From Dicyema japonicum (taxonomy: Eukaryota > Animalia > Dicyemida): a DNA stretch of 64,000 nt. The position numbers were made by a program, and so were the translations under genes. Every line of letters begins with the position of its first letter. Within the stretch, counting starts at the first letter, position 1. The notes under the pieces are model-generated. The model did no database searches. It worked only from the letters and a program-made list of their open reading frames with translations, and had not been told where the DNA came from. This document shows positions 25,731-36,560 of the stretch, in pieces. The stretch lies in the NCBI GenBank assembly GCA_011109175.1, contig RDEW01000036.1, positions 535,737 to 599,736 of the forward strand. The letters are read 5' to 3'.

Positions 25731-26566
25731 ACATTGCGAAATATTTTCCGGATAAATTTGATGACGATTGAGTTCAAATCCAAAGTTAAGTAATACCAGC
25801 AAATCTAACATAAATTGAATATGAAAATAATAATGATTTGATATCAGAATCAACGTCAAATCAGATTTATAAAATGAATTTCTTTTTAATTTTTGGAGAG
25901 CATACATTTCAAAATATGCTGATATCTCAGGAAAGGCTATACGTACACTATTACCTTTTCCAACGACTACTTATGCGAGTCGGAGTTTCCAATGTATACA
26001 TAAGGATACAGTTGTCAACAATAACTCCTAACGTTACACAACTATGCAAAGAGTTATCTCAATGTTCACATTAAAATTGTTTTGGTTATTACGAATAAGA
26101 ATTTTAAGTAATATTGTAAGAATTGATTGAAAGGGTTCCAAAAAATTATCCCAAAAGGGTTCCGCGAGCATCTTAAAATTGGGAACCACTGGATTATGGT
26201 AATTAGCGGATGGATTAGGGTAATTAGAAAAGGAGTTAGTTTGAATTAGAGAATGAATTAGTTTAATTAGAGAAGGACTTAGTTCAAATTAGAGAATGGA
26301 TTAGGATGAATTGGATCCATTTAACTAAAGAAGCCTAGCATAGCGCAGTAATAAATTCCTTCCTCCTTACTTTATTGGAAGGGGATTCATATTGGCGGAT
26401 AGTTGACCTAATTGAAATAAATGTTTATGAGTTTAAGGGAATAATATAATTTGCTAAAATCAATTCATGGAAATGAATACCTAATACCCCAACAAACAAA
26501 ATCAATCCTCAATAGGATTACTTACGTACACACAAAATATATAAACTATTACGAAATGCCTAGGAA

Positions 26567-27001
26567 ATGTTCTCAAATTTTATTTTATTTCTTATTCTAT
26601 TAATTGTACCAAAAAAACTATAGCTATAACTACTCAACCAACAACAACGTCTAACACAACCCAACCACCAACAACAACATTTAACACAACCCAACCACCA
26701 ACAACAACATTTAACACAACCCAACCACCAACAACAACATCTAACACAACCCAACCACCAACAACAACATCTAACACAACCCAACCTTTAACAACAACTC
26801 CTATGGCTACAACTACTCAACCCCCAACAACAACTCCTATGGCTACAACAACCCAACCTACAACACTTCCTCTATGTAGACAACTACTACAACTACTCCA
26901 ACAAGATCAGGAATCGGAGCAAATACAATTTCAGGAAAACTAAGTAATCTTTCATATCACTTTTAGTTGTTCTTTCAGTAATAATCATGGTAGTTCGGTA
27001 A
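26567..27001 (+). pseudogene. Mucin-like gene copy 3, frameshifted as assembled (possibly sequencing error)
   Basis: Paralogue with an A7 tract at 26611-26617 (A8 would be in frame) and a second -1 near 26878. The same 23-nt intron lies at 26944-26966 and the tail reads IVLSVIIMVVR*. Confidence 0.65.
26641..26790 (+). repeat. Coding minisatellite, 5 x 30 bp (TTT[S/F]NTTQPP)
   Basis: ACAACAACATYTAACACAACCCAACCACCA repeated five times. Confidence 0.95.
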
Positions 27002-27519
27002 TAACCTACGATTCTAACATATTAACATTTAATTTGATTAATTTTGATTGTTCGGTTAATTGGGGTACTTGGAATATTCTTGGAATATTCTTCAGTTAAA
27101 GAACATGTTATTTGACAGTTCTTCCCGTACCCACTACAAGCAAACTATTTTGTAGTTGTTTGATGAATGAGAGAAATTTGGTCTATTGATTACAAATGCA
27201 GTTTTCTCTCCCAGCTGACCCATATGCTGATCTTACTAGAAACTTTTACTTTTTGTTATTACTTTTTTGTTGGCTATCAGTTTATTTGTTTAATAAATCA
27301 ATTCCGAGTTAACTCAAACAAAATAAGCCCAAATAAATATAATGTGAAAGAAATACTCAATTATGAAGCATTATAAATTTTATAGCACCAACTCCCAATT
27401 ATTTATTTTATTTTTAATAACCCCTGATTTCTGGAGAATGGTTGAGTTATATCAAGTTCCCAAAGTGAAGTGAGGGACGCATTCTTTCAAAGTATCTTCC
27501 ATATCAGGCATTTTGAGAA

Positions 27520-28115
27520 CTAATTGGGGCACGTAACGCCAAAAAATCAGAGGTTTCCCCAAAAACATAGGTTTTCCATGTAGCTCGATAAATAAACAAA
27601 AATAACATTATTTTTTAAAGTAATCAGTTATTTTCAATTTATTCATTTTTTATTCCTACCGTCACTCTTTCTGAAAAATCGTGAAGATAGTCTCCAATCA
27701 AAAATGTTGCCTCTAGTTTTCGATTAAATTTATACTTTTTGATATTTATAGTTCACATCTATATCCTCATAGAGATATGCATCACTATCTTCTTTAATTT
27801 CACATTCATCAATAGCAGTATTAAATATTTCTTCCGCGTCACATTAATAAAATCGATATTACTAAACGTTGATTTTTTTAAAAATCATTTTTTCATGCAC
27901 AAATGTCTCCTGTCATCCACGCATTTTTGGACAGAGTATAAACTTACATAAATTTCAAGAGAAAATATAATAAAAAATTAATGAATAGAAGTTATAAATT
28001 TAATTGATTTGTCATACTTTTGGTAGAAAATTTATAGAGCACCCAAAAAACGGAGTTTTCCCCAAAAATAGTGGTGCCCCATTTAGGAGGTGCGTCCTAA
28101 ATGGAGGTCGGACTG
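27520..28115 (-). mobile_element. pogo/Tigger-like remnant
   Basis: Terminus TA|CAGTCCGACCTCC at about 28115 with an internal CCATTTAGG/CCTAAATGG palindrome; partial opposite end TGGGGCAC at about 27525; acidic EEEIFNTAIDECEIKEDSD piece. Confidence 0.45.
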
Positions 28116-28614
28116 TATCCACTTTAAAGAGATGAGGGTATCAAGTGTAATATACCTACGTCATAGTGCCCCAGAGCTACGTCTCCAGGAAAGAAACACT
28201 CCACACTAACACCTCTTGAATCCCTGATTCGGAAAAACCGAGGAGTAGGAAACTATAATTATCAAATTCTACCCCCAAGAAAGACTTTCATAGCCTCAAG
28301 AAAGGTCATTTGGCCAAGATAAAGTCACTGCTGCAACGTGTTGGATCACGTGATTAGTTAGTTCGGTTTTTACTAGGTCTTTGGAATTTTACATTTAAGA
28401 GTGAGACTCGCACGTCTTGAGAAGTCCACGATATCTTTGTTTGCCATGAACCACCAGAACTCGACTGGAGGATATGTCTTGATTCAAAGAGCTTGGAGGA
28501 TCTCCTAAGCCGAGTAATCAAGGGAAGTTCAAAAATTAAGGAAGTTAAATTTAATCAGAGATAAAAATTTAGTTATCATAATTGGTTAACCAAATTTAAT
28601 AAAATAGCAACGTT

Positions 28615-28735
28615 GTGTCGTGTGGTATCACGTGGCTACTTGATCGAAGATTATTTTTCCTTCAATCTGGTGGTGTCGTGTGGTATCACGTGGCTACTTG
28701 ATCGAAGATTATTTTTCCTTCAATCTGGTGGTGTC
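28615..28735. repeat. Perfect 58-bp tandem duplication
   Basis: GTGTCGTGTGGTATCACGTGG...CAATCTGGTG occurs at 28615 and 28673, plus a 5-bp partial. Confidence 0.95.
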
Positions 28736-28739
28736 ATCG

Positions 28740-28960
28740 GATCCACCTTACTTAAGAGACTCCCGATACCTGGTCGGCATTCAAAGGGGCCCATCTATTA
28801 ATTCCACTGGGACACAAATTCGCTGCCTAGCGACAAGTTCTAGAATCGACCTCAGCTCCCCGGACGACGATCTTTGTGTTTTGGATGAGGGTTCGCTGGA
28901 ACGCGTAAGGATCAGGAATTAGTTTGGTTTTACCCCTGGTCTTTGTAATAATTTAATTGG
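28740..28960 (+). mobile_element. GIT-family LINE 3' fragment
   Basis: Ends GGATCAGGAATTAGTTTGGTTTTACCCCTGGTCTTTG, matching the 3' UTR of other family members. Confidence 0.5.
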
Positions 28961-29517
28961 TCAAAATCATGACTGACCGATATCTTAATTATAGTGACGA
29001 ATTAATCATTTTAAAGAACAAATATTATGCCGAGATCTCCCCATACTCACTACTTAATTTTAATGGGTACTACTTTAAGAGAAATTCATGTCAAGTAGAC
29101 ACATTGTGATTTATTTACTACCAGGTGACCACTTGAAATTCATTCTACTTAGAAAATTCTTTACGATTTAAATGGTTTTACTGTACTCATTTTGCTAACC
29201 TAGGCTATCCCCTGAATAGGTCTTATCCTGTTCCCACAGTTGAAATAACCCTTCCAACCATATTCACCATTTTAAGAACCTCTTCACTGGAGTAGGGAGA
29301 GAAGAATCATTTTTGGATAACAGCCAGGCACTGGGGGTTCCAGTAGTTAAATGAATCCCATGACGCCTCTTAGGAATTGAAAATGTATTATTTAAACTTA
29401 ATTAATTATTTAAACTTAATTAAAATGCTTCTATGAATTAAATTTAAAATAAATAAAAAGACCACAAAGTTAGCTAAAATAAACCATTATTAGTGACACA
29501 ATCCCTTATTACGACGA

Positions 29518-30771
29518 CTAAAACAAGGACTGGAAGATTTCATTTTCCAGTCCTTCCTTCACTATTGTGACAGGTTTTAACTTATCTTGGATACCATGAA
29601 TGAATTTCTATAATTTCAAAGTCTCCTCTTACCTGAGCATAGGCAATTCCGTTTCTCTTCTCACACTCGTTCGCATTCTTTCCGATCCACACATACACCC
29701 CACTGGCATGATTCACTATGAAAACGTCCTACAATCAATATTTCGACCACATTTGGATCAAGATATTGGCGGGAAATTTTGGAAATATTTAAATCAGTAT
29801 ATTCTATTTTTCCTGATTCATTGCTCACTTTAAGGATTTGATCCTTTTTATGCTTATGGTGCACTTGTTTGTCGACTTGCTCGTCACTTAGTTTCTGCAC
29901 AAAGTCATCCTTTCAAATCACACCAACAAATACAGCGTCTCCACTCTCATAAACGACGATTTTAGCAGCCCCCCTATCCGCCACAATGTGTTGGCGAAGG
30001 TCATGGCTTTAACCCGCTCGCCCGTGTTACATTGAGCTCCGTACCAGATATTAACACGTGTCCCTTCATCAAGGATAAAAACGTCAGTTATATCCAGGCT
30101 ATGTCTGCTTGGGGGAACCTATTATAACTAATGAAGTCACCTCGACGACTCTCACATTTTTTTTCACTCCACAGAAGTGCAGCAATCGGGGACATATTCA
30201 TTTGCCTCTACTTTGTTAAATCCGCTCTCAGCTCCGCCGTTCATAATCCTAAGATTAATCCCATTAGCACATGATTTCATTAAAGTAGCTATGAAACAAG
30301 GCGGATTCGTGACCCTGGATCTCCCTGTGCTGAATTGCCTTGTCAGCCAAGTATGTGTCGAGTTCCACCGTCTTGTAGGCAGCAGTCCCGTATTCATCCT
30401 GTTATCGTAATAAGCATGCCAAATACAGCTGTACTGAAGTTGCCGATCCAAAAGTGGAGGTCGTACGAGATTTCGTTGGTGTTCGGGTCTTCTTGTAAGC
30501 CTACAAGTAAGACGATGGATGACTCTGAGGACTAGGTAGGAATCCCCGTTGTAGAATTTCCCGTAGAGACTTTTGTCCCATGGGGTCACTTTAAAGTTAA
30601 CAATGCGCCAAATAGTGAACCCTTCCTTTTCGGTTCCCTTCCATGCTGGTTCAGCCATAGCGGAGGTTACTAATTTAAAGGGTTTGACTTACTTTTGACT
30701 TGTCTTTCAGTTTCGCTTCCAAATAGGGCTATATTTGTGTCTTGAATATCATAAATCTTCATTTTCTTCAT
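29518..30771 (-). CDS. Three-domain gelsolin/severin-like actin-severing protein (invertebrate type)
   Basis: [26 protein letters not shown]/..[61 protein letters not shown]. Introns at 30670-30692, 30501-30523, 30399-30426, 30249-30270, 29729-29750 and 29608-29632 (23, 23, 28, 22, 22, 25 nt). Several single-base frameshifts. Confidence 0.93.
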
Positions 30772-31491
30772 TCTTGCTTTAGAAAATTGATTAATTCAGC
30801 TTTATAAGCTTAACTAACTTATAAATATATTATTTTAATTGGTTAACCATCAAAAACAATAAATAATAAATATTTTAATAAATTAATTATCACACTCTAC
30901 TTACTTGCGGTCACCAATATATGCAGTTACTAAGAAATCAGATTATCACACCCACAGTTTGTCCATCCAATATTGTCCAAGCAAGTTCATCCCATTCAAC
31001 GCTCATTTCTCGTTCCTAGTTGAGCCAGTTGTCCATAATCCAAGAGTCATCAGTCATAATTACTTCATAAAGGCGGCCAACATGCCGAACATCCGCCTTT
31101 ATGATAACCTTATCAAATACCTCAAATACGACCATAGTTACGAGAAAACTCCAAACCTGTTATGGAGACTGGCTCAAGATACCCGTTAGTTTCGACCTTC
31201 CCTTATCGGTCTGGATTGCTTAGTTAACTGAAGACACTCTTTTAACTCTGATAATCTTGAGTCAACAATAATTATCACAATCCATTTACATGCGGTTTCT
31301 CAGGAAACCCTAATTGATTAAACGGTAAAGTGCGCTCGCTACATGGGCGTGTGTAGGGTCAAGGAGGAACACTAGAATAAATTGAGGACTCTTTTGGGAC
31401 GATTCAGAGTCACATGGTTCTCTAGATCTAGTCTTCAGTTGTGGTCTTTTGACGTTATTTTATCATTCAATAAATCTTATTTTACATGTTA

Positions 31492-31840
31492 ATAATAATA
31501 ATAATAATAAAGCCTTTTCACGAGAGCCATAGTATTTTATAGCTCCGCATAGGCAGGACACACACTTTATTTAAGTAAAGAACAGTTAATTTTAACTAAT
31601 CGTAGAACCAAGGAATGATCTCACTTCTTTTTTTTTCTTTTTCTTGTGTGAGTGTCCTTTCTAGACAAATCCAGTTCCGCAGTGAGTATTCACTGATGAC
31701 GGCGTCACTCGTCAAACCATTTCTGCATCGTAGATGCGTGGAACCTTCCACCAGGTGAACAGCAGCGAGATTTGAACCCGTAGCCTAAGCCACTTAAGCC
31801 GACACCTAACCACTAAGCCACCCCAGAGAATGTTCCTCAG
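31492..31840 (-). mobile_element. Full-length tRNA-derived SINE with (TTA)n tail and 13-bp TSD
   Basis: A-box TGGCTTAGTGG (31810-31820), B-box GGTTCAAATC (31769-31778), tail 31492-31510, and TSD ATTTTACATGTTA at 31479-31491 and 31841-31853. Confidence 0.9.
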
Positions 31841-32021
31841 ATTTTACATGTTACTGTCTCTAATTCTGTCCTCCACCTAATCCTGTCATCAGAACGAGGT
31901 TTTTTGAAACAAATACACTATTTTGTTTCTATAAGGGCTGTCATAAAATATACGACCCCCTTCTCCAATGGACCAATCAGAATTTTCCCTACCAGAGGAC
32001 ATCTGTGTAAACCGTCTAGGC

Positions 32022-32637
32022 CAGTAGTTCTTAACAGGGGCGCTGGAACATATTAGAATGACGCTGGAATTTTAATTTTTTAATTATTATAAATATTTGC
32101 ATTAGGTTTTATAAATCATTTATCACGTGCTTTTCTAATTAATTCTACTTTGACTTTGTAGGTAAAGTCATATTTAGCAAATATGGATATCAACAATACT
32201 GGGTTTCTCATGTAAAATATCCTCAATTGTGGAATGAAATCGAAACACTTAATAGCATTTCCTTCAACATATCTATTGAAAGAGGATTTAGTGGAGTCTA
32301 CAATATTTTGACCAAAAAAAGAAATAAATTACAAATTGTGAATAGAGGAGATTTGAGACTAAGTCTGTCAACATAAAGGGATTGACAAATTCTCATCAAC
32401 CACAAGGCAGTCACTAAAATTGTTTTTATATGATAAAAAAGTTTTGTTTGTGAATAAACTTTTTAATTTTCAAAATAATTAGTAATATTTGATAATATTA
32501 AAATTTGGTCAGTTGGCACTCTATTGACTGAAAAAACAGTTTCGACGTACAATTTGAACAAAATTGCAAAATAAATCCGCAATTGAAAATAATTAGATCT
32601 TAAGGAGGCGCTGACTTAAAAAGGTTAAGAACTACAG
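32022..32637 (+). mobile_element. Non-autonomous Buster/Charlie-type hAT element, 616 bp
   Basis: TSD GTCTAGGC (32014-32021 and 32638-32645); TIRs CAGTAGTTCTTAAC / GTTAAGAACTACAG; remnant ERGFSGVYNILTKKRNKLQIVNRGDLRL. Confidence 0.93.
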
Positions 32638-33099
32638 GTCTAGGCTATGGAAACCACTCCTCTCCACTAACATAAAATAAGCTGGAAAATAAAATGTGTC
32701 TCTCGTTCACTTTGCAACCTCTCCAAGTTGACGCAAATCACCTCTCCAAGTGTCCATAACTTATAAAAAGTCAATCCACCAGACGAAAGTGACCAATAAC
32801 CACTGACCTCCTACAAGTTAGCGAGGCATCGGTAACTTATCTAACTATATATATTCATATCGAGTCATTTTTTGTTCTCTAATCTCAATATACTTTAATT
32901 ATGCCACGTGCTAATCACTAATATTGAATATCCCCCATATGGTGCAGTTGATTCAATACGATTGGAAGTAAGGCTGAGTTTAATGAAAAACCACACTCAA
33001 CGTCACATAACGGTAAATCCATTATGAGAAAGATAAGTGGAATCCACTCCCTCAGCACCATGGAAACAAAAAAAGCTCATAAAGTTTCCTTCAGATTCC

Positions 33100-33330
33100 A
33101 ACATGCAATTGATGATGTCAGCGACATCTGCCATAAAGTATGTTATCCACTATCAGAAATGAAGGACTCGTTGTCCTGAGGATTCACTCCCGAACTCCCG
33201 GGCCCATATAAGATGAGACAATAATAAAAACTTAACTTTCCTCAACACATCAATTAACAAAAACAACAGCCCCTCCCTATGGAGAAATCCCTCCCACCAT
33301 ATACTGAGGCTAAATAACTAGAATATTTTT
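33100..33330 (+). mobile_element. Possible Penelope-like RT fragment
   Basis: NNKNLTFLNTSINKNNSPSLWRNPSH resembles the PLE LPFLD...YRKPTH motif; short and degraded. Confidence 0.35.
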
Positions 33331-33644
33331 ATCTAATTCGTTAACACCATTAACCATCAAAAAACAAGGATCCCTGTTACCTTCAACATTGTAAAATCCA
33401 CTCCTTAGCTATCTCCCACTCTAATACTTATTTTATCCCCACAAAAACTTTATAATGTCAAGAAGACACGAAATATGAAACATTAACAGTAAAAACGACG
33501 AAAGACAGCTTAAAGAGTTCTAGGAAAGTCACAAAAGATGTTCCCGTTGAGGTGGTGGGTTTTAGTTTGTCCATTCCAGAATGAAAGAGCTCAGAGGATC
33601 ATCAATAATCAGAAAGTATTAGTCAGTTAGAATGTTAATATTGT

Positions 33645-34556
33645 TTAAAGCATGAACGGGAGATCTAAATTTTTCTGTCCAATCCCCAGTAAAGACACCC
33701 GAACTGAGAGGTCCCTGGAATGTTGTAGAACACGTAGCCGGGCCAGAGAATGTTCCTCAGAGTTACCAATGCATTTCCTCGTTCAAACTGCAAAGTCCAT
33801 GAACCTGAAGTGATGACTTGGATTACCCTGAGGTACCGAATTTTCAATACTGTTGAAGATGTCGATAGACTTTTCGTAGTCTCCCCTTCTAGCCACGGCC
33901 TCCACGTCGAAATCGACGGGATCCATGAAATAGAAGTAACTGCTGAATTTAGTAGCCTCGGAGACCGTAAGTCCTTCATATTACAGCAAGCGAACCCTCA
34001 AATAGTCTATTTTTAATGATAGTCTTGTCCGGAGCCGACAAATACGCCCCACGTGGGACGATTGAGATTTCATCAATCAATTTTATTAAGGCTCGCAAAC
34101 GGTCTTCTTCCTTTATCAGAATCTGCAGTATTTTTTAATTTGAAATACCAACCACTTTCTCGTTGTCTCCATCCTCTCCCACGACTTTGTCAATCAGTTC
34201 GTACTCATAGCTGGGATCTCCCGAGAAACGCTCAAAGATTAGGGAGTAACTCCGCAAGGCTACCTCGTCCACTTCCGGTAATAAATTCCACGTTACACAC
34301 TTTGAACTACGCTTATTTGCCACTCCCACCTGTAAAAGGTCTTTCTGTTTCTCATCAAATCATCAGTAAATCCCTGAGCAATGTAATAGTCACCGTTGAT
34401 TCCCTCAATTCTCTCCCAAAATGTGACTTTGTTAAACTTGTTGTTAGCCTTCAAGATTGGCAGAGAAGTCTGCAAGGCTGCCCTTATTTGCGGAGAAAGG
34501 GAAATGCCGCTTGTTCCGAAATACTCAATGTCTACCAATACGGTCTGTGAATCCAT
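33645..34556 (-). CDS. RSPH9: Radial spoke head protein 9 homologue (motile cilia)
   Basis: GISLSPQIRAALQTSL..DYYIAQG..RKTFYS, FSGDPSYEYE, IVPRGAY, RLFEGL, SWTLQFERGNALVTLRNILWPG, KNLDLPFML*. Introns at 34307-34329, 34123-34152, 33974-33995 and 33805-33826 (23, 30, 22, 22 nt). About three single-base frameshifts. Confidence 0.95.
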
Positions 34557-35089
34557 CGTCAAGGAAATATTCTGTTTACAATAATTCATTTTTAATAAAA
34601 AATAAATTAAAGTTTTTATTATTAATTTGAGTATATTATTCGAGGAGACTATGTAAGTCGAAAATACTGCCTAGGCTTCTCTTGTCCTGCTCCGCCTTCG
34701 ATTTCTGCGCCACACCAGATATATCTCTGTGATCGTCCGCTTTTGGTAGTTAGTTTCATGCTAACCACTGGTTTCCTTTACTTGAAGGGACGGGGGGTAA
34801 ATAAATTTCAACTTATTTGACCAGTCAATTCAGTCCATTTCCGACCTCTCCTATCCCACCGAACGAACTGTTTTTGTCTCAGTTGATATAGAGGAGGTGT
34901 TTGACTCAACGTCTTCCAACTCTAATCTCGAGTCATAGGTGGCACGCTTTATCAGCGGCCTTAGAGAACAAATGACATTCCCCCAGTCTCTTCGGTAGAA
35001 GTAGCCAACAGAAAAGTAACAACCAAAAGCGGACCTCCCAGAGATCAGTCAAATATGTGACGCAAAATCAGAGGTTATATATAATGAAA

Positions 35090-36560
35090 TGAAAAATTCC
35101 AAAGACCAAGATAAAACAAAATTAATTAATCACGTGACCCCAGCAGTTACAGCAGTTGCCTCATTGTGATTGTGTTCTCCTCTTGACTCCACACACACGT
35201 ATCAAAAGTATGCTCTTATTGCCTCTGTGATCACTGGATTGAAAGAGTCCTCAACTAACTAACTGATCCCTGACTGACTAGGAAGAAGTCTAAACCGGTG
35301 ATGATGACCTCCTCGAACGGTTCTATATAAGTGGCTTTGAGTCTTTTCGTATCTGTGATGTTTTGAAGTATTTGATCAAGATCTCGTAAGGGGACTGCGT
35401 GGTTGGTTGATAGTTTTAAGAAGTTTTTGTTGTCGTTCGAGTAAAAGTGCTCAAAGGGTCATAGACTCAATATTAGGACCAATGACTGTTTATGCCTCCC
35501 TGGATTGGGTTACTTATGCAGGGAAAATGGGAAATGATCGTTGGCCTCGATGCACTCGCGTAGGTCGATATTGACTGGATAAACTGGTGGTGGACTGTGA
35601 AGAGGTATCCAACGTTGCTTCCAAGAGTTTTTGAAGTGATCATTCTCTTTATTGGCGAAGGAAAGTTCCAGGTCAAGCATGACTTCAAGGATGTCTGGCG
35701 TGGTGACTTGAATAATCGTGTTCTTAAGGGGAATGTCGTAGTCCTTCATATATAGTTAATAAAGTTACAGAGGACTTGGTTGGAATAACTTTAAGTTTTA
35801 TTTGAGCAACCCGTGGGAACAGAGAGTCAATCACTTCGTGTACTGCTTGATAATCCATCTCCTGGCAGTGATAACAATATCATCCCCCATGTGGTTTTCG
35901 TTAGTGGGATGTTGCATATCATGGATAAATTGGTTAATAAGCTCCTTAGACGTGTCTTTGATAGCATTTTGTCAGATATTACTTGGTCTCCTCCCCCGCT
36001 CATGAAGTTATCACCCAGTTTTAAATTCGGATGAACAATCGTGTCTAATATTGTTTTGGAAGTATTTTCTTTATTATATCGACACGGGGACAGATACTAT
36101 ATGTGGCTTTAGTGCGTCGAATCCCCCAGTCAAAAAGTAGAACAAATGGCCTGAAACTGGATAGTTGGATACTTTCTCTGTATGTTCGAGTACTATTCTA
36201 TCAAGGATTCGGAAGAGGGAACATAGGAAGGATATTGAATAAAAGAAGTATATTTTGTTAATAGGTTTGTTCTGTTCGCTTAGTGGCTGATTATTCAACA
36301 TTTCTGGAGTGGCATTCCTGTTGATTATATGTTGAATCTGAGAGCTTTTTGTTATAACGTTTGAGGACCGATGTGGTTCAGCTTAATGGCAGTGGAATCC
36401 GGACCTTTGACTTCGGAGTTCCGGGACATATAACCGTGGAGTCACCGAGAAGGACTAAATATAGTCAAATAGTAGGTGACCCCAGTTTTCACAATTAACA
36501 GAACCATCTGTGGTCCACCATCGCACCCACCACTGCCTGAAAGTGCCTCCTCTCGTAGGA
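35090..36560 (-). mobile_element. Degenerate GIT-family LINE
   Basis: IPLK..TPDILEVMLDLELSF corresponds to the PKILGVTFD region; ends AGVT* with the family 3' UTR TTGGTCTTTGGAATTTTTCA. Confidence 0.55.

Larger units (their letters stand above)
23455..26191 (+). mobile_element. Degenerate SPIN/GTF2IRD2-like Buster hAT element carrying nested insertions
   Basis: RKRLFQPQWTETF..CFLCHE, MGKPFTDGEYIKSCL, SLQGK (about 24840), and FPTTYLCES...QLSTITPNVTQLCK..QCSH*. The right TIR TTGGGAACCACTG ends at 26191. The left end is uncertain and no TSD was found. Confidence 0.6.

Noticed and set aside
31765-31824. tRNA gene
   Set aside because: A and B boxes are present but there is no full cloverleaf; it is followed by a SINE body, a (TTA)n tail and a TSD.
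33645-34556. Ciliate-type alternative genetic code as an explanation for tiny introns
   Set aside because: TAA and TAG terminate RSPH9, gelsolin, Pax and endophilin at the expected positions and are absent from their spliced frames.
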